A DNA stretch of 64,000 bases from the human T2T-CHM13v2.0 reference genome, Homo sapiens. Every line of letters starts with the position of its first letter. Positions within the stretch are counted from its first letter, which is position 1. The stretch lies in NCBI RefSeq assembly GCF_009914755.1, contig NC_060947.1; one strand, 5' to 3'. Below the pieces are notes generated by a model. It had not been told where the DNA came from. It did no database searches and saw nothing but the letters and a program-made list of their open reading frames with translations. The position numbers and the translations under genes are program-made. Below are positions 1 through 13,700 of this stretch, piece by piece.

Positions 1-560
1 CGCGCGCTCTTGCAGGTGCCTCCGGGACGCGCGCGGGCGGCTGTCCTGCTTGTTTAATGATAGGAGGACGGGATTCTGCAGCGTCCTTAGCCTAGCGGGT
101 GGTGCGGGGCAGGGAAGTTCCGGACAGCGAAGAGCCACGTTCGAGCTCTAATGATTCTCTGTGTCCCCAGAGAGGAAGTGTGAAGTGTGACGGCTGACGA
201 GGAGGGTGGGAGGAGACGAGGGAGTGCTGCAACTCTGGAAAAACAAGTCAGCTCTTCTGTGGAGCTCGTCACGCATTCACGGGCCTTTTGCTATCATTCT
301 GCCTCAAAATTGTCCGGAATCCGCCCTCTCCTTCCCATTGCACTGCTCCAGCCCTAGCCCAGACACCTTCCGCCCCGAGCTTCGCGGGAGTCTGTTCCCT
401 GGGCTCGCCTCGCCCATCCTCGGTGCTGCGGACTGGATGAGTTACCGTCCGTTCGGCTGAAAAGCCCGGACAGCACCTCACCTTCGAGATCCCGCTTCCT
501 TCACACTGGGTCGCCCCACCAGCCGCCTGGGTTCCAGTTTAGCACTGCCGACGACTTGCT
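1..560. promoter_or_regulatory. Edge of a CpG island / promoter-proximal region, probably of a gene lying left of the window (AP1S2 by recall, unverified)
   Basis: High GC and dense unmutated CpG (cgcgcgc, gcgcgggcgg, ttcgcggg) that falls to background after ~560. Contains an NF-kB-like GGGAAGTTCC (112-121) and a PU.1/ETS-like AGAGGAAGTG (171-180). Confidence 0.8.
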
Positions 561-1695
561 GTGCCTGGCATGTCCTTGCTCCCAAATGTCACATCTATGA
601 AGCCTCACCCTAAAACCCTGTAAGAGCGATTCCCTCTTTCACCCACATGCCCGTTAGCCTTTATTTAGCACACCTTAAATTGTATTCATTTTGCATCTCA
701 ATCTAGTTCACAGCCTGGTATATAACAACTAATAAATGTGAGTTGACTGATAAAGACTATAAAATGATAAATTTGTTAAGAGCTGTAATGCTGAGCGTAA
801 TGCCTGGGCATAATGGATGTTCATAATTTTCTGAATGATAGAATGGATGAATCATCTAGTCATTTACAGATAAGGAAAGGGGAGTCCCACGGGATTAGGT
901 GACCTTCCTTGAAGAGCCACGGGTTTCCCATATCGAAATGCTATTCATTACCCGAGTCACCTAGGTTCTTACAAAGGAAGCGAGAAAATTGCTTTTGTTG
1001 GGCCATGCCCCTTTTGCAGAGGTTCCTAAGTATAGTCGCCAGAATTTTTTTAATGGCCTAAAGTAAAAAAAGAAATGCTAAAATTTTCACGAAGCTAAAT
1101 GTAATCAATGTAAAGGAATCCTTTATTAGGGATTATATTCTTTTTGTGTACATTATAGTATCTATGAAACTAAGACAGTAGTTTTGGGGGCTTTTAAAAA
1201 ATGCTTTTGTATGACAAAACAAAAAGAAATGTGTAATACTTCCCCTTTTCAAGCACTACTGTGCTGCTTGGAAAGTTTCCTACTAACATGTATGATTAAT
1301 GTATACTGGAATATTAAAGAAAGGGGACGACACACGGCACAGAGCTGGCTTTCTGTAGTTCTTTAGGTCCCCCTCGCCCCCACCAGATTTCTCCCTACCT
1401 AGTCATGCCCCAAAGGTGCTTTCGAATGTCCCATTTCTCTCTTACTACAAGAAACAGATGCCATTAACCAGTTAAAAGATAGCTCTAATGCTACACAATG
1501 AAAACTCGCCCTCTGAATCCAAATGCTGCTTTTCTCTTTTTCTGTACAAAACACTTATATCCTGAAGGTTCCTGAGATAGCCACTTCCAAGTTTAAACTC
1601 TGATTATGCTCCTAATGTTGCTCTGAAAATGAGGACGGGAGACTTGCTGATGACATACTGGCAGTCTCCTTTCCTGCTCCTAGCCAAAAAAAGGT

Positions 1696-1716
1696 GGGGG
1701 TAGGGGTAGGGAGGGG
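1696..1716 (+). other. G-quadruplex-forming motif
   Basis: GGGGG-TA-GGGG-TA-GGG-A-GGGG: four G-runs with 1-2 nt loops. Confidence 0.7.
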
Positions 1717-3272
1717 AAGGAATTGTGGGAAAAATAATTAGCAGCTGAAAGCAGCTATTACATAATCTTGGCTGCTTATTAATTTAGCAGAAGGAATGGC
1801 TTATTAAATTCTAATAGCAACAGCACAACTGCAAACAACCTAGCAATTAACAGTGCAGGGCCCATTATTTTGTTAATATGTTCTCTTCTTTTGGCAAGTG
1901 TATGAGAACAAAATTTATAGAAGCAGATGGTCTTTTTCAATAGATTATAGATGGTTTATTCCCTAGTCTTAGTATTAAGTGCTAATTATGCATTCACTGT
2001 GAAAGACAAAAGAAACATGGTTGCCATCTTTGTTAGTAATTAACTGCTTGACTTTGATTCCCACAATTTCCCAATTGTAGGCTTTGTTATATACATGTTT
2101 CTTCTCACCTAGTGTCTTCTTCATCCGTCATGTCAATTGGTTATCTTTTTTAATCCTGTTTTTGTTTTCTAGATGGTCCTGATTTATTGGTGTTAATATT
2201 GTTACAAGAATTATATACAAAATTCGTTTCATGAAAAACTAAAAATCAGATTTTATACTTGTTTCTTAAATTTGAAAAAAATGCTTCACTGTCATTTATG
2301 CTAAATGTAAGAGGTGAGGGGAAAATAGAAATCTTTACCTTCTAACGATAAAATTTTGAGACTTTTTATGTAATCTTTCCAAAGTTTTCAAAAATAATTT
2401 TAGTTTCCTATTAAATGTGTGATGGCCATATACTTTTATCCTCTCACTGTCTCAAAATACCATTAATTTTTTTTAAAGGGACTATTTAAAACACATACCC
2501 ACGTGGAAAATAAGAGAGGGAACATTTACATGAGGATGTCGATAAGGATGTCAGGATACACTGTCAGCTCATCATTTAAACACTGATGATTTAAAGAAAA
2601 ATTGTCATATATTGATATTATGGAGGAGCAGAAGTGAGGGAAGGTTGAAATAATGCTAAATCCTCATGTGCTAAAGGGAAGAAAATAGATAACATCTAAA
2701 ATAAATCACGAACTAGAATTATTAGCATATTCTTTCGATACCAGGAAGTAAATCCCAGAAGCAATGGTGAATTTCTTTCCATGGACAGAATCTTGCAGTA
2801 GGATGTAATAAAGGGTATTATTACATTTTACTTAGGTTTTTTCTTAAATAATTTTTTAAAATATTGTAAGGAGGTAGATAAAAACCATTCCATTAGTTGC
2901 TAGCTCTGTATTATGGACTTATACAGAGTTCCTTTAGCCAGTCTATAGATTATTTAGAAATTATTAAATAAAAATGCCCAATAATGGAATTCAGTGCTGA
3001 AGCCTTGTAGATCACAGAAAGTGTAAAAAAGATGTTTAGAGTTTGTGAATTTGCATCTCCAAAGATAAAGTTGTTCCAGGGAGAAAAATGGCCTAAAATA
3101 ATGAGGATTTGTGAACCAAATCATTTCAAAATAGATAGAGCTGTCACTGCCAAAGTCCTCAACAATGAGCTAAAGAGAAATGTGGAACATATGCTCTTTC
3201 TCGAAGCCTGTTTCCATAGCTTTGAATAAAATGCAGGAAAATTACTACTGCCCTATGAACATTAGGATAGAG

Positions 3273-3495
3273 CAGTGATTCTCAGCCTGGGCACTTTTGC
3301 CTCCCAGGGGACACTTGTCAGTGTCTGGAGACATTTTGGTTGTCACAACTAGGAGTAGTAGGTGATGCTGCCAGCATCTAGTGGGCAGAGACCAGGGATG
3401 CTGCCCAGCATCCTGCAACATACAAGAGAGATCCCATAGCAAAGAATGATCCAGCCCCAAATGTCACTAGTGCCAAGGTTCAGGAAGAAATCCTG
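3273..3495 (+). mobile_element. MER20 DNA transposon (hAT-Charlie)
   Basis: cagtgattctcagcctggg...ttttgcctcccaggggacac...gtctggagacattttggttgtcacaact...ccaaatgtcactagtgccaagg matches the recalled MER20 consensus. Confidence 0.85.
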
Positions 3496-3580
3496 GGTTA
3501 GTCACTGAAAATATTAACATGCAGTAGCATATTTTTATAGACATTTCAAGAAATGGAACAAACATTATCTTCATATAAGT

Positions 3581-3650
3581 TTCTCTCTCTCTCTCCCTCT
3601 CTTTCTCTCTCTCTCCTCCCTCTCCCTCTCTCTCCCTCTCTTTCTTTCTC
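3581..3650. repeat. CT-rich simple repeat
   Basis: (TC)n/(TCCC)n polypyrimidine run. Confidence 0.9.
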
Positions 3651-4299
3651 AGAGTTGGAGCCATTATTCTTAATATCTGCTAGATAAAATCCTTAACTGC
3701 TTAAAAGACTGGAGGCATACATAAAGCAGTCAGTATTCTTTAATAGCAACTAGAATAAACTATCCAAACTGATTTTCAAAAAATGACCCCAGAATATTAG
3801 TAAAAGTTACTTAAGCACTTGAATCCATGAGATGCCTATTCCATCCATACATACATTGTAAATGTTTGTTAGGTATCTACTTTATGCTGGGGCACTCTGG
3901 AAGGTAATGAAGATATAAAGACAAATAAGATATTGACTTGGTCCTAAAGCTCCATTTCTTCTGACACAGAATTTCTAGTCTTTTAGAGACAAACCCTGGA
4001 TGGTCAAAGGATAGTCATCAACCAAACGTATGAACATTTTCTTTTAGGAGACCCCTAGAGATGCTTCATAGAACCTTAGATTTCTGTAACCAACACGTTT
4101 GAAAACTATGTGCTCTCATGACCTCCCAGGGCTCTTCGCAATATTTTCGTTCGATGAATTTCTATGTCACTCTTAATTCACAGCAATATAAGAGAGAGAT
4201 TCTGTATGTTTTAAACAAACGATTTCAAATAATGTCTTGATTTGATCCTTGAAGTGAAATGCTTCAACAATGATCTAACTCAACTCCAAATCGCTAAAC

Positions 4300-4472
4300 C
4301 AGTGGTTCTAGAATATTCTTTTAGAGGACTTGTGAAAATACAGGTTGCTGGGCCTCATTCCCATAGTTTCTGATTCAGGGGGTCTGAGATGAGGCCTGAG
4401 AATTGCATTACTAACAAGTTTCCAGGTGATGCTGATGCTGCTGGTCTGGGAACCACACTTTGAGAACCATTG
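4300..4472. mobile_element. MER5A DNA transposon
   Basis: cagtggttct ... tgatgctgatgctgctggtctgggaaccacactttgagaaccattg, with MER5-type terminal inverted repeats. Confidence 0.85.
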
Positions 4473-4705
4473 CTCTATACCACAAAAAGCTATGATATCC
4501 AACTAGAAAGTTGTGATATAATTTTCATGGTCTAAAGGAAACTTGAGATCTGAATATTTTTTTAATCGCTGACCTCATTAAGCCCGAGAACATTAGAAGA
4601 GTAATATTCCCAGTTATATTCACCTGAAGCTAAATCTGTATGTACAACTGAGAATGACATATGGTCATTGTATGCCCTGCACAATCTAATGCACTATAAT
4701 ATTCT

Positions 4706-5950
4706 TTTTTTTTTACTTTTTTTAAAATTATACTTTAAGTTATAGTGTACATGTGCACAATGTGCAGGTTTGTTACATATGTATACATGTGCCATGTTGG
4801 TGTGCTGCACCCATTAACTCATCATTTACATTAGGTATATCTCCTAATGCTATCCCTCCCCCTCCCCCCACCCCATGACAGGCCCCGGTGTGTGATGTTC
4901 CCCTTCCTGTGTCCATGTGTTCTCATTGTTCAATTCCCACCTGTGAGTGAGAACATGCAGTGTTTGGTTTTTTGTCCTTGCGATAGTCTGCTGAGAATCA
5001 TGGTTTCCAGCTTCATCCATGTCCCTACAAAGGACATGAACTCGTCCTTTTTTATGGCTGCATAGTATTCCATGGTGTATACGTGCCACATTTTCTTAAT
5101 CCAGTCTATCATTGATGGACATTTGGGTTGGTTCCAAGTCTTTGCTATTGTGAATAGTGCCGCAATAAACATACGTGTGCATGTGTCTTTATAGCAGCAT
5201 GATTTATAATCCTTTGGGTATATACCCAGTAATGGGATGGCTGGGTCAAATGGTATTTCTAGTTCTAGATCCTTGAGGAATTGCCACACTGTCTTCTACA
5301 ATGGTTGAACTAGTTTACAGTCCCACCAACAGTGTAAAAGTGTTCCTATTTCTCCACATCCTCTCCAGCACCTGTTGTTTCCTGACTTTTTAATGATCGC
5401 CATTCTAACTGGTGTGAGATGGTATCTCATTGTGGTTTTGATTTGCATTTCTCTGATGGCCAGTGATGATGAGCATTTTTTCATGTGTCTGTTGGCTGCA
5501 TAGATGTCTTCTTTTGAGAAGTGTCTGTTCATATCCTTTGCCCACTTTTTGATGGGGTTGTTTGTTTTTTTCTTGTAAATTTGTTTGAGTTCTTCCTAGA
5601 TTCTGGATATTAGCCCTTTGTCAGATGAGTAAATTGCAAAAATTTTCTCCCATTCTGTAGGTTGCCTGTTCACTCTGATGGTAGTTTCTTTTGCTATGCA
5701 GAAGCTCTTTAGTTTAATTAGATCCCATTTGTCAATTTTGGCTTTTGTTGCCATTGCTTTTGGTGTTTTAGACATGAAGTCCTTGCCCATGCCTATGTCC
5801 TGAATGGTATTGCCTAGGTTTTCTTCTAAGGTTTTTATGGGTTTAGGTCTAACATTTAAGTCTTTAGTCCATCTTGAATTAATTTTTGTATAAGGTGTGA
5901 GGAAGGGATCCAGTTTCAGCTTTCTACATATGGCTAGCCAGTTTTCCCAG
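4706..5950 (-). mobile_element. 5'-truncated L1PA (about L1PA4-5): 3' end of ORF2, 3'UTR and poly(A)
   Basis: ORF fragments match the L1 ORF2p C-terminus ([30 protein letters not shown]; [26 protein letters not shown]). 12-bp TSD ctataatattct at 4694-4705 and 5951-5962, with a TT/AGAA endonuclease-type site. Confidence 0.95.
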
Positions 5951-6189
5951 CTATAATATTCTAAGGCAGAAACTGAAGTGCTTAGGGAAACTCGAAGGTT
6001 GCATCATAAAAGTCAGATGCTTACTTGATGAAAATCACTACCTTAAAAATATTTCCCAACTACTCATGGCAAGTAGGAGTCACCTCTGAAATACTTTGTC
6101 AGCAATTAAAGACATGGGGTAGAAAGGAAGAAGTCCAGAGGGAACAGCTAGACAGAATCAATGTGTCCCAGGGGTAAGGCAGAGACCAG

Positions 6190-6590
6190 AGACCGCTAAG
6201 TAGTAATCAAAACCTGCCCGTTCTCTTCCTTAGCACACAGCTAGACCTCATTCCGCTGCTTCCTCTGTAGTTAGGTGTGCCCATGGAGCTGAGATCTGGC
6301 CAATGAAATAGGAATAAAAGTGACAGGTCTAGCCTATAAAAAGCTCCCACAGGAAAGTCTGTTTCCTTCTTCCCTCCTTCCCTCCCCAGACCTGCTTTTG
6401 CCACTTGGATGATGACACCCAGGTATCCTGCCAGCCTGAGTTCCTGAATGACTGCAAGGAAGAGACGTACACAAACCACTACCACCATCATCACTCCTAT
6501 TGTACTTGAAATGAATGAGAAATAACTTTGTATTAAGCCACTGATTTTTTTTCCCAGGTTCATTTGTTACAGCTGCAAGCATTCCTGTTC
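6190..6590 (+). mobile_element. Old MaLR LTR (MLT1I/J-like)
   Basis: gtagttaggtgtgcccatggagctgagatctggccaatgaaat...gagaaataactttgtattaagccactga...tttgttacagc are MLT1 hallmarks. Confidence 0.7.
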
Positions 6591-7219
6591 ATTCTTGAAA
6601 GCTTGTTGCATACTTAGTTACAAAGAGAAGGAGCCATGCATAGTGATGGGAAGAGCAAGTGAATTTTCAAGTGGATACTTGATTCTAATCCTGCTTTTTG
6701 TGCTCTTTTATATGTCTCCCTTCCATTGAAATTTGAGAAGAATTGTTAAACAGTCTGAGCACAGAATTTTAAACTACTTGTCTATCAAAGAGGGCAAAAA
6801 GAATGATTTAAGGCTCTTTTTTACATTCCTCTGACAAAGCCTAGCATTAATACTAGGCAATAGAAAAGGCAAAATTTAAAAAATCGTAAGGCTGAAAGGG
6901 CTGAGGAAGTGAAGTGGGGTGGTGGGCAAGCACATTTGGGTAAACTGTCCCTAATTGGCAAAAGTGAATACAGTATTATCATCAACCTCTTAGAATCAAA
7001 AAACCAAAGCTTGAGATTTATTTTTGACTCTATTATATCCTTGTCTTCTAAATACTATACAAAAAGCTAAGTTAAAATATTTATCCTAAAGCACTATTTA
7101 GAATACAGGAACATTTTAATTAGATAATTTGATGAAAAATTTTAGAAATACTGTACACATTTTAAATATAACACATATATAAGATAATAGAATTTTAAAG
7201 GTAATTTTATTCAAGAATT

Positions 7220-7350
7220 TTATTTTACAAGTGAAGAATGAAGTCCAGAGAAGTTAAGCAAATTGTTCAAGATCATACCAGTTAGTGGCAAGTGGAGAAG
7301 TAAGACTCCTATGTTCTGTCTCCAGGCAATGTTCTTGCCACCACAGGACA
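7220..7350 (-). mobile_element. MIR fragment
   Basis: attttacaagtgaagaatgaagtccagagaagttaagcaaattgttcaagatcatac resembles the MIR core. Confidence 0.65.
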
Positions 7351-7613
7351 CTGTCTATTGCCCAGAAACTACTAGCCCATTATCTTTAGGCAAAAACAAA
7401 CAAATAAATAAATAAACTGAAAAACCTTACCCTTGAAACGTAAACTCTTCAATTCTACTTCCTTTTGCCTTTCTGTCCAGTATTAAAGTATTTATGTCTT
7501 TACTAGCTGACTGAAATCCTTGCAATCTCCAAAACTGGGATAATATCTTAATAACTGCTTTATGGCATAACCTAATGCAATGCTTTGCATAGAGTAAGTA
7601 CTCTAAAATGTTA

Positions 7614-7976
<363 letters not shown>

Positions 7977-8858
7977 TCATTACTTCTTGAGTGTATCAGT
8001 TTTTCTGGAGTATTCTCCTTCTTTCCATCCCCATTAATATTGCACTAGGTCAGACTAACAAACTGGACTTTATATCTCAGCTCATTCTCTCCACCTGATT
8101 CCATTATGGTTCTTTCTGCACATGGCCACATGCTTTTCTAAAACATAAATCCAATAGAGATTAAACCTTCTGCTTAAAATGCTTCACCTTCTTTATTACT
8201 TCATTCAATTTGCACACCTGTGCCAGGTACTCACTGAGAACTGGGGGTAAAATAGAACACAACTTAGACATGGAACCTTTCACCAGGTTCTTAAGGTATA
8301 ATGGGAACAAGATGGATGGCACAGTATATAATCAGCAATCCCAGTACAATGCAGTACAATGCTTCAAACTAGGAAGTTTCAAACGGTACAATGTTTCAAA
8401 GTAGGAAGGCCAGGGACCTGTGGGAACACACAGGACAGTGCCTAGCCCAGAGTTTTTGTGGTAGTGATGGGTGGTAGGGTCAGACAATGTTTCTTGGAGG
8501 ACAAAGCCCTTAGGCCAAGATCGGAAAAGAATGGGGGAGACAGTCAAGAGAAGACAGGGCAAGAATGTTCCATATAGGGAGAATGACATTTGCCAAGACA
8601 AAGAGATGGGTTCATGTCTTAGGTACCTGAATGGAAGGTTAGTGTGGTCAGAGGGTTCCTGGGTAAAGATGAGTCTGCAGAGAATAGGAGGACCAGGTCA
8701 TGCAGGATCTTTCAAACAAGATTAAAATATTTGGACTTTATATAAGGATATTGGAGGGCATTGAAAGATTTTAAGCAAGGGCAATGCCGTTATTGGATTT
8801 GAGTTCTAGAGTTTCAGAGAGCTCATTCTGGATGAAATGTGGTAAATCATAGGATATA

Positions 8859-9431
8859 CTGTAGTCAGAGTTCAGTTGTAGGTAAAATAAACCGTACAAA
8901 CAGAAGCAGTCTAAAAATGATTGGAATTGCTGGAGGAGCAAAATCTGGGCTGAGCTTCCAGGAAAACCTTCCAGAATAGCACTACAGAACTTGACTGCCA
9001 GAGAGCTGATGCCTCTGCTGTGATCAGTGAGCTGGAATATTAAGCCACTGTTTCCATGTAACTGCTGGCTCCAGGACTATCACTTCACTGCCACGATCTG
9101 GAAATCAGAAATCTGCTGCCAGCAAAGAGGATGCCTTTTTTCACTGCTGCTTTTCACTTGTGTAGCTAGGGACTGGACACTGGACTCCCTCTACAACTGT
9201 CACTGAAAGCCAAATGCTTTCATAACCCTGCTTGCCCCAGAAATAGCAGAAGCAGGCCGCCTGTTCATGATATATCACTTCCACCTTCCAAATCTTTCAT
9301 GGGTGCACCTGATTGTTGGAATCTACATCGCAACCAGAAGCCTAGCTAAGAAATGTAGTTTTTAATTTTCCAAAAGGAACACAAGGAGGTTGGAATGGAT
9401 ATTGAACAAGCAGATCCAAATGTCCATTGCA
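8859..9431 (-). mobile_element. Old ERVL-type LTR (LTR33-like; family uncertain)
   Basis: TG...CA-bounded block interrupting L2; ctgattgttggaatctacatcgc...cctagct...gaaatgtagtt resembles the LTR33 group. Confidence 0.45.
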
Positions 9432-9930
9432 GAAGTCAAGACTGGCAGCCAGGAGAGAAATTGGGAGGCTGTTGAATAATTCACATGAGAGGTGAAGGTA
9501 GCCTGAACAGGGAATAAGCAGAGTTATTCTTATTTTCTCCTTTTCTTTATTAATCAAGAAAAGGAGGTACACTAGAGAAAGTTTAGGAGGTTGGATTGAT
9601 TGGTATAGGTTGTTTTGATGTGGTGGCAGGGTGAGTGAGCATACAGTCAGAGATGACACTGGGGGATGATTCCCTGGGAGAGAACCCATGAAGAAGGCAG
9701 GCTGGTGGTGAAATGATGAACTCATTTTTCAGCCTCTAAAATCAAATATCTGTGGGGCATCCAAGTAAACAGTGGGAGTTGTTGATACAGGTCTAAAGGC
9801 TCAGGAGTGAGGTTGGAGCTGAAGTTAGAGATTTGTGAGTCATCAGCATAGAGCTGGTAAATAAAGTTGAGTAGGAGGATGAGATCACTCCAGGAGAATA
9901 TATAGAATAATAATAATTTTTTAAAAAAAC

Positions 9931-10518
9931 TGTGGAAAGCAGAATTATAAGATGGTTACCATGACGTTCCCCACCTGGTGTTATTCCCACAATTAAGTTA
10001 CCTGACAAAAGGGAATTTGCAGATGTAATTAAACTTGCTAATCAATTGACCTTAAGATAAAGAGATTATCCAAGCGTGCCTAACCTCATCATATGGGCCC
10101 TTTAAAAGAAGAGAATTGTATCCAGCTGGCAGAAAAAGAAGTCAGAGAGATTGGAGCATAAGAGAGGTTCAACAAGGAGCTTCTCCATTGCTTAGATGGA
10201 GGGGCCACATGGGAGGACCTCAGAGTAGTCTCTAGGAGGTGAAAATGAACCCAGTCAACAACAACTACAACAAAAACAGAGACCGCAGAACTGAATTCTG
10301 CCAACAATCTGAATGCATTTGTAAGGGGACCCTGAGCTCCAGATGAGAATGCAGAGCCAGCTGACACCTTGATTTCAGCCTTGGGAAAGCAGAGCAGAGG
10401 ACCTAGCTAACCTGTGCCTGGACTCCTGACCCACAGAAACTGAGAGATAAGAAGTGGATGGTGTTTTAAATTGCTAAGTTTGTGGTAATTTGTTATCTGT
10501 TAATAGATCACTTATACA
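9931..10518 (+). mobile_element. MLT1D/E MaLR LTR
   Basis: tgtggaaagcagaatt...tttgcagatgtaattaa...gctgacaccttgatttcagcc...ctaagtttgtggtaatttgtta...ataca. Confidence 0.85.
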
Positions 10519-10827
10519 AATATTCAGGTCACAACTCAGGAATACTCACTTTTAGGGGGCAGACAGCAGAAGAGTCACAAAAGAAGATACAGGAGGAGAT
10601 CCAGAAATATGTAGAGTCATGAAGCTAAAGGAAGAGATCCTGATAAGAAGGAGAAAGTTGTCAAATATGCCGAATATTGGTGAGAATTCAAGTAGGAACC
10701 AAAGGGGGTCATAGGAATTTTTTTAGCCATTTGAGTGAAGTTATGTGTAGAAATACTGATTGTAACATATGGAGGAAAAAGTGGAAAGGAAGAAGTGAAG
10801 ACAGCTCTTTTAGGAGGTTTAGATTTA

Positions 10828-11112
10828 TTTATTTATTTTGAGATGGAGTCTCGCTCTGTCACCCAGGTTGGAGTGCAGTGGCGATCTCGGCTCACTGTAG
10901 CCTCCGCCTGCCAGGTTCAAGCGATTCTCCTGCCTCAGCCTCCGAGTAGCTGGGACTACAGGCGTGCGCCACCACGCCTGGCTAATTTTGTATGTTTAGT
11001 AGAGATGAGGTTTCACCATGTTGCCCAGGCTGGACTCCTGGGCTTCAGCGATCTGCCTGCCTCAGCCTCCCAAAGTGCTGGGATTATAGGCATGAGCCAC
11101 CGTGCTCGGGCT
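10828..11112 (-). mobile_element. Alu (S-like)
   Basis: Antisense dimeric Alu; TSD ggaggttta(g/c)attta. Confidence 0.95.
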
Positions 11113-11565
11113 GGAGGTTTACATTTAAAGAGGAGGAAAAAAATAGAGAGGTAGCTGGATAAGGGGACGTGGCCTCAAGCTAGAGGCACTGTTGTTGCCT
11201 AAGAAGGGAGAGACATGCTAATGGGAAGGAGTCAGTAGAGAGGGAAAAGCTGAAGATGGGTGGGGGAGTGAATAATACTACAAAGACACTGAGTAGTGAA
11301 GAGGTGATGCAAGCCACAGCACAGGAAGAGAAGCTTTAAATAAGCAAAGGGGATTTCTGCCATTTTGCTCAGAACAATGAATGGTAGGGGAGGAAGAAAG
11401 GATGTATGTAGGCATGTAGTTTACTTATAGCATAGCATGTCCCCCAAATGTATTCAAATGCTGACCCTTTATTCTTATGCTAGCAGTCCTGTCTCTAGGG
11501 TCTAGATGACAGCCTTGCCTGAGTAAGGGGAAATGTCAACTAAACTTGCTGTAAATGTATATACA

Positions 11566-11840
11566 GGTCGGGCATGGTGGCTTACTCCTGTAATCTCAGC
11601 ATTTTGGGAGGCCGAGGCAAGAGGATGGCTTGAGCCTAGCCTGGGCAACATAACAAGACCCCATCTGTATTTAAAAAATACAGTAATTAGCCGTTGTTGT
11701 GGTATGCACCCGTAGTCCCAGCTACTTGGGAAGCTGAAGTGGGAGGATCACCTAAGAATCACCTGAGTTCGAGGCTGCAGTCACACCACTGTACTCCAGC
11801 AGAGTGAAACCCCATCTCAAAAAAAAATAAAAATAAAAAA
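11566..11840 (+). mobile_element. AluJ with internal deletions
   Basis: Diverged dimeric Alu with A-tail. Confidence 0.9.
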
Positions 11841-12567
11841 TATCCGCTGGGCATGAAGAGGGAGGTGGAAGTACAGATGGGTTGAGAAGTATGGAGCAGG
11901 TTTCTACTAGAAACCTTGGAGAACTGGAGAGAGGCTTCTGGAGCAATATGGAAGGATAACTGAGAGTACAGTTGAGATGAAATCTGTGACAGAGTCACTG
12001 TATAATTAGTCTCATTGATAGAGTTGAGATTTGCCAGATGACTGAGATGGAAGCATGAGAGACTGAAGTGACGAACCATGGAATTCAAGCCAGGCAAGGA
12101 AAGCAGTAAAAATGAAATTGAGGAGTTTCAGCGCAGGGAAGGAGGTTGTGGATGCTGATGGAGCAGAAAGAGAGAATGTAATGGAGTTGAGGAAGAGGAA
12201 GACTGTGCCTTCAAAGTCCAGGTTATAGTTAGAGCAATTCAGTGAGACATCTGGAAGTATCGGAGGCTGTGTTCTGAGAGAGAGATGAGAATGCATTGTT
12301 TCTGTTGTAGAGAGAGTGAGGGAGTCAGGTGAGGCTTGCAACAAACAAGGGTGGAGTGGGTGGCCAAGTGGAAAGGAGGTGAAAGTCACTGGAGAAGCAA
12401 AGACCAAGGAAAGGACTCACTGGGGCATTGAGTGGTGGCTCATCCATATGGATGTCAAAGTCATTTAGGATAGTAATAGGACCTGATAGAAAAGGCAACA
12501 GTGATCCAGTTTCTAAAGATTCCAAAGAAGGAGAATATATGATGGTAACAGGAAGAGTAGAGTTTGA

Positions 12568-12930
12568 TTTTTAAAAACAGCTTTATATTGAGGTGTAATT
12601 CACACACCACACAATTCACCCATTTATAGCATACAATTCAATGGCTTTTAGTATACGCAGTTGTGTATTCATCACCACAATTAATTTCAGAACATTTTCA
12701 TCGCCGCAAAAATAAATTCCATACCCCTTAGCCATCACCCCGCAATCTCCCTATTCCCCCTAATCCCTGGCAACCACTAATCTGTTTCCCATCTATGGAT
12801 TTGCCTGTTCCAGCCATTCCACACAAATGGAATCATGCAATATGTGGTCCGTTGTGCCTGGCTTCTTCCACTTCATATAAGGTTTTTAAGGTTTATCCAT
12901 GTTGTTGTAGCATGTATCAGTATTTCATTT
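12568..12930 (-). mobile_element. L1MB-type 3' end
   Basis: acagctttatattgaggtgtaattcacac...ggcaaccactaatctg...atggaatcatgcaatatgtgg. Confidence 0.8.
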
Positions 12931-13700
12931 CAAAGCATGATTTTAAAGGATGGAAAGAACCTCAAAGGAGCTTAGGGGAAGATACAAGGCCAAACATTTC
13001 CCTTGGACACCAAGTCAGCTCTGGTCATTAATATTCAGTGCCGAAATTGTTTTAAGTACTCCTTTCTCTTGCGAGTATCTAAAATATGTCAATATTAAAT
13101 GCTAATTCTTGCTTATTTCCTCCCTTCCCCCAACAAATATAACTGAAAGCCTTGCTTAATTACAAAAACGGAGTCAGTCATTGTTGCTTCATGTTAACTA
13201 CTTGCCCAAGAAACACATTCATCTTGTGGAGGAGATAATGAGCAAGACTGGCAGTGCCCTAATAAGCTCTAAATTAAGCATACATAATGTTGAACAAAAT
13301 ATAAGAATCAGCAAAAAAAAAAAAAAATTCTACTTATTGATCATTAGTGTTAATGAGAACAGCAGCAAGTGGCTTTGTTCCTGTTCACTTAGAAAGTATA
13401 AAAACAAGGTAAGCAAGCAATCAGGAAGGCTAATGTGAGGATTCCATTTTCATCCTGATAATGGAATAATTTATTTCCTAGCCTATTGGCCTTGGAAGCC
13501 CACAATGGCTTCATCTTCTCTGGTCTCTGACTAATTTTCAACCACGCTGGTAACAGAAACCGTGGAAATGGGATCAGGGCCTACTAAAAGCAACAAAACT
13601 GAATGAATACATTTACCTCCAGGAAATGTCAATTACAAACTAGCATAAGGGCATGTTGTCTATATGGAGGAATTGGAGCCTTTAAATAATAATAGTGGAG

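Larger units (their letters stand above)
8200..12560 (-). mobile_element. Fragmented L2 LINE interrupted by LTRs and Alus
   Basis: Purine-rich L2 motifs (gattttaagcaagggc; ttggagctgaagttagagatttgtgagtcatcagcatagag). Antisense ORF 12325-12525 (ITILNDFDIHMDEP) resembles the L2 endonuclease domain. Confidence 0.65.

Noticed and set aside
87-481. Three overlapping ORFs in the CpG island
   Set aside because: They start from non-ATG codons, resemble no protein I recognise, and are expected in stop-poor GC-rich DNA.
4930-5790. L1 ORF2-like ORFs as a functional gene
   Set aside because: Only the C-terminal fragment of a 5'-truncated, stop-interrupted L1.
10735-11154. 139-aa ORF and the many similar LECSG/PASAS ORFs
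   Set aside because: These are translations of antisense Alu sequence.
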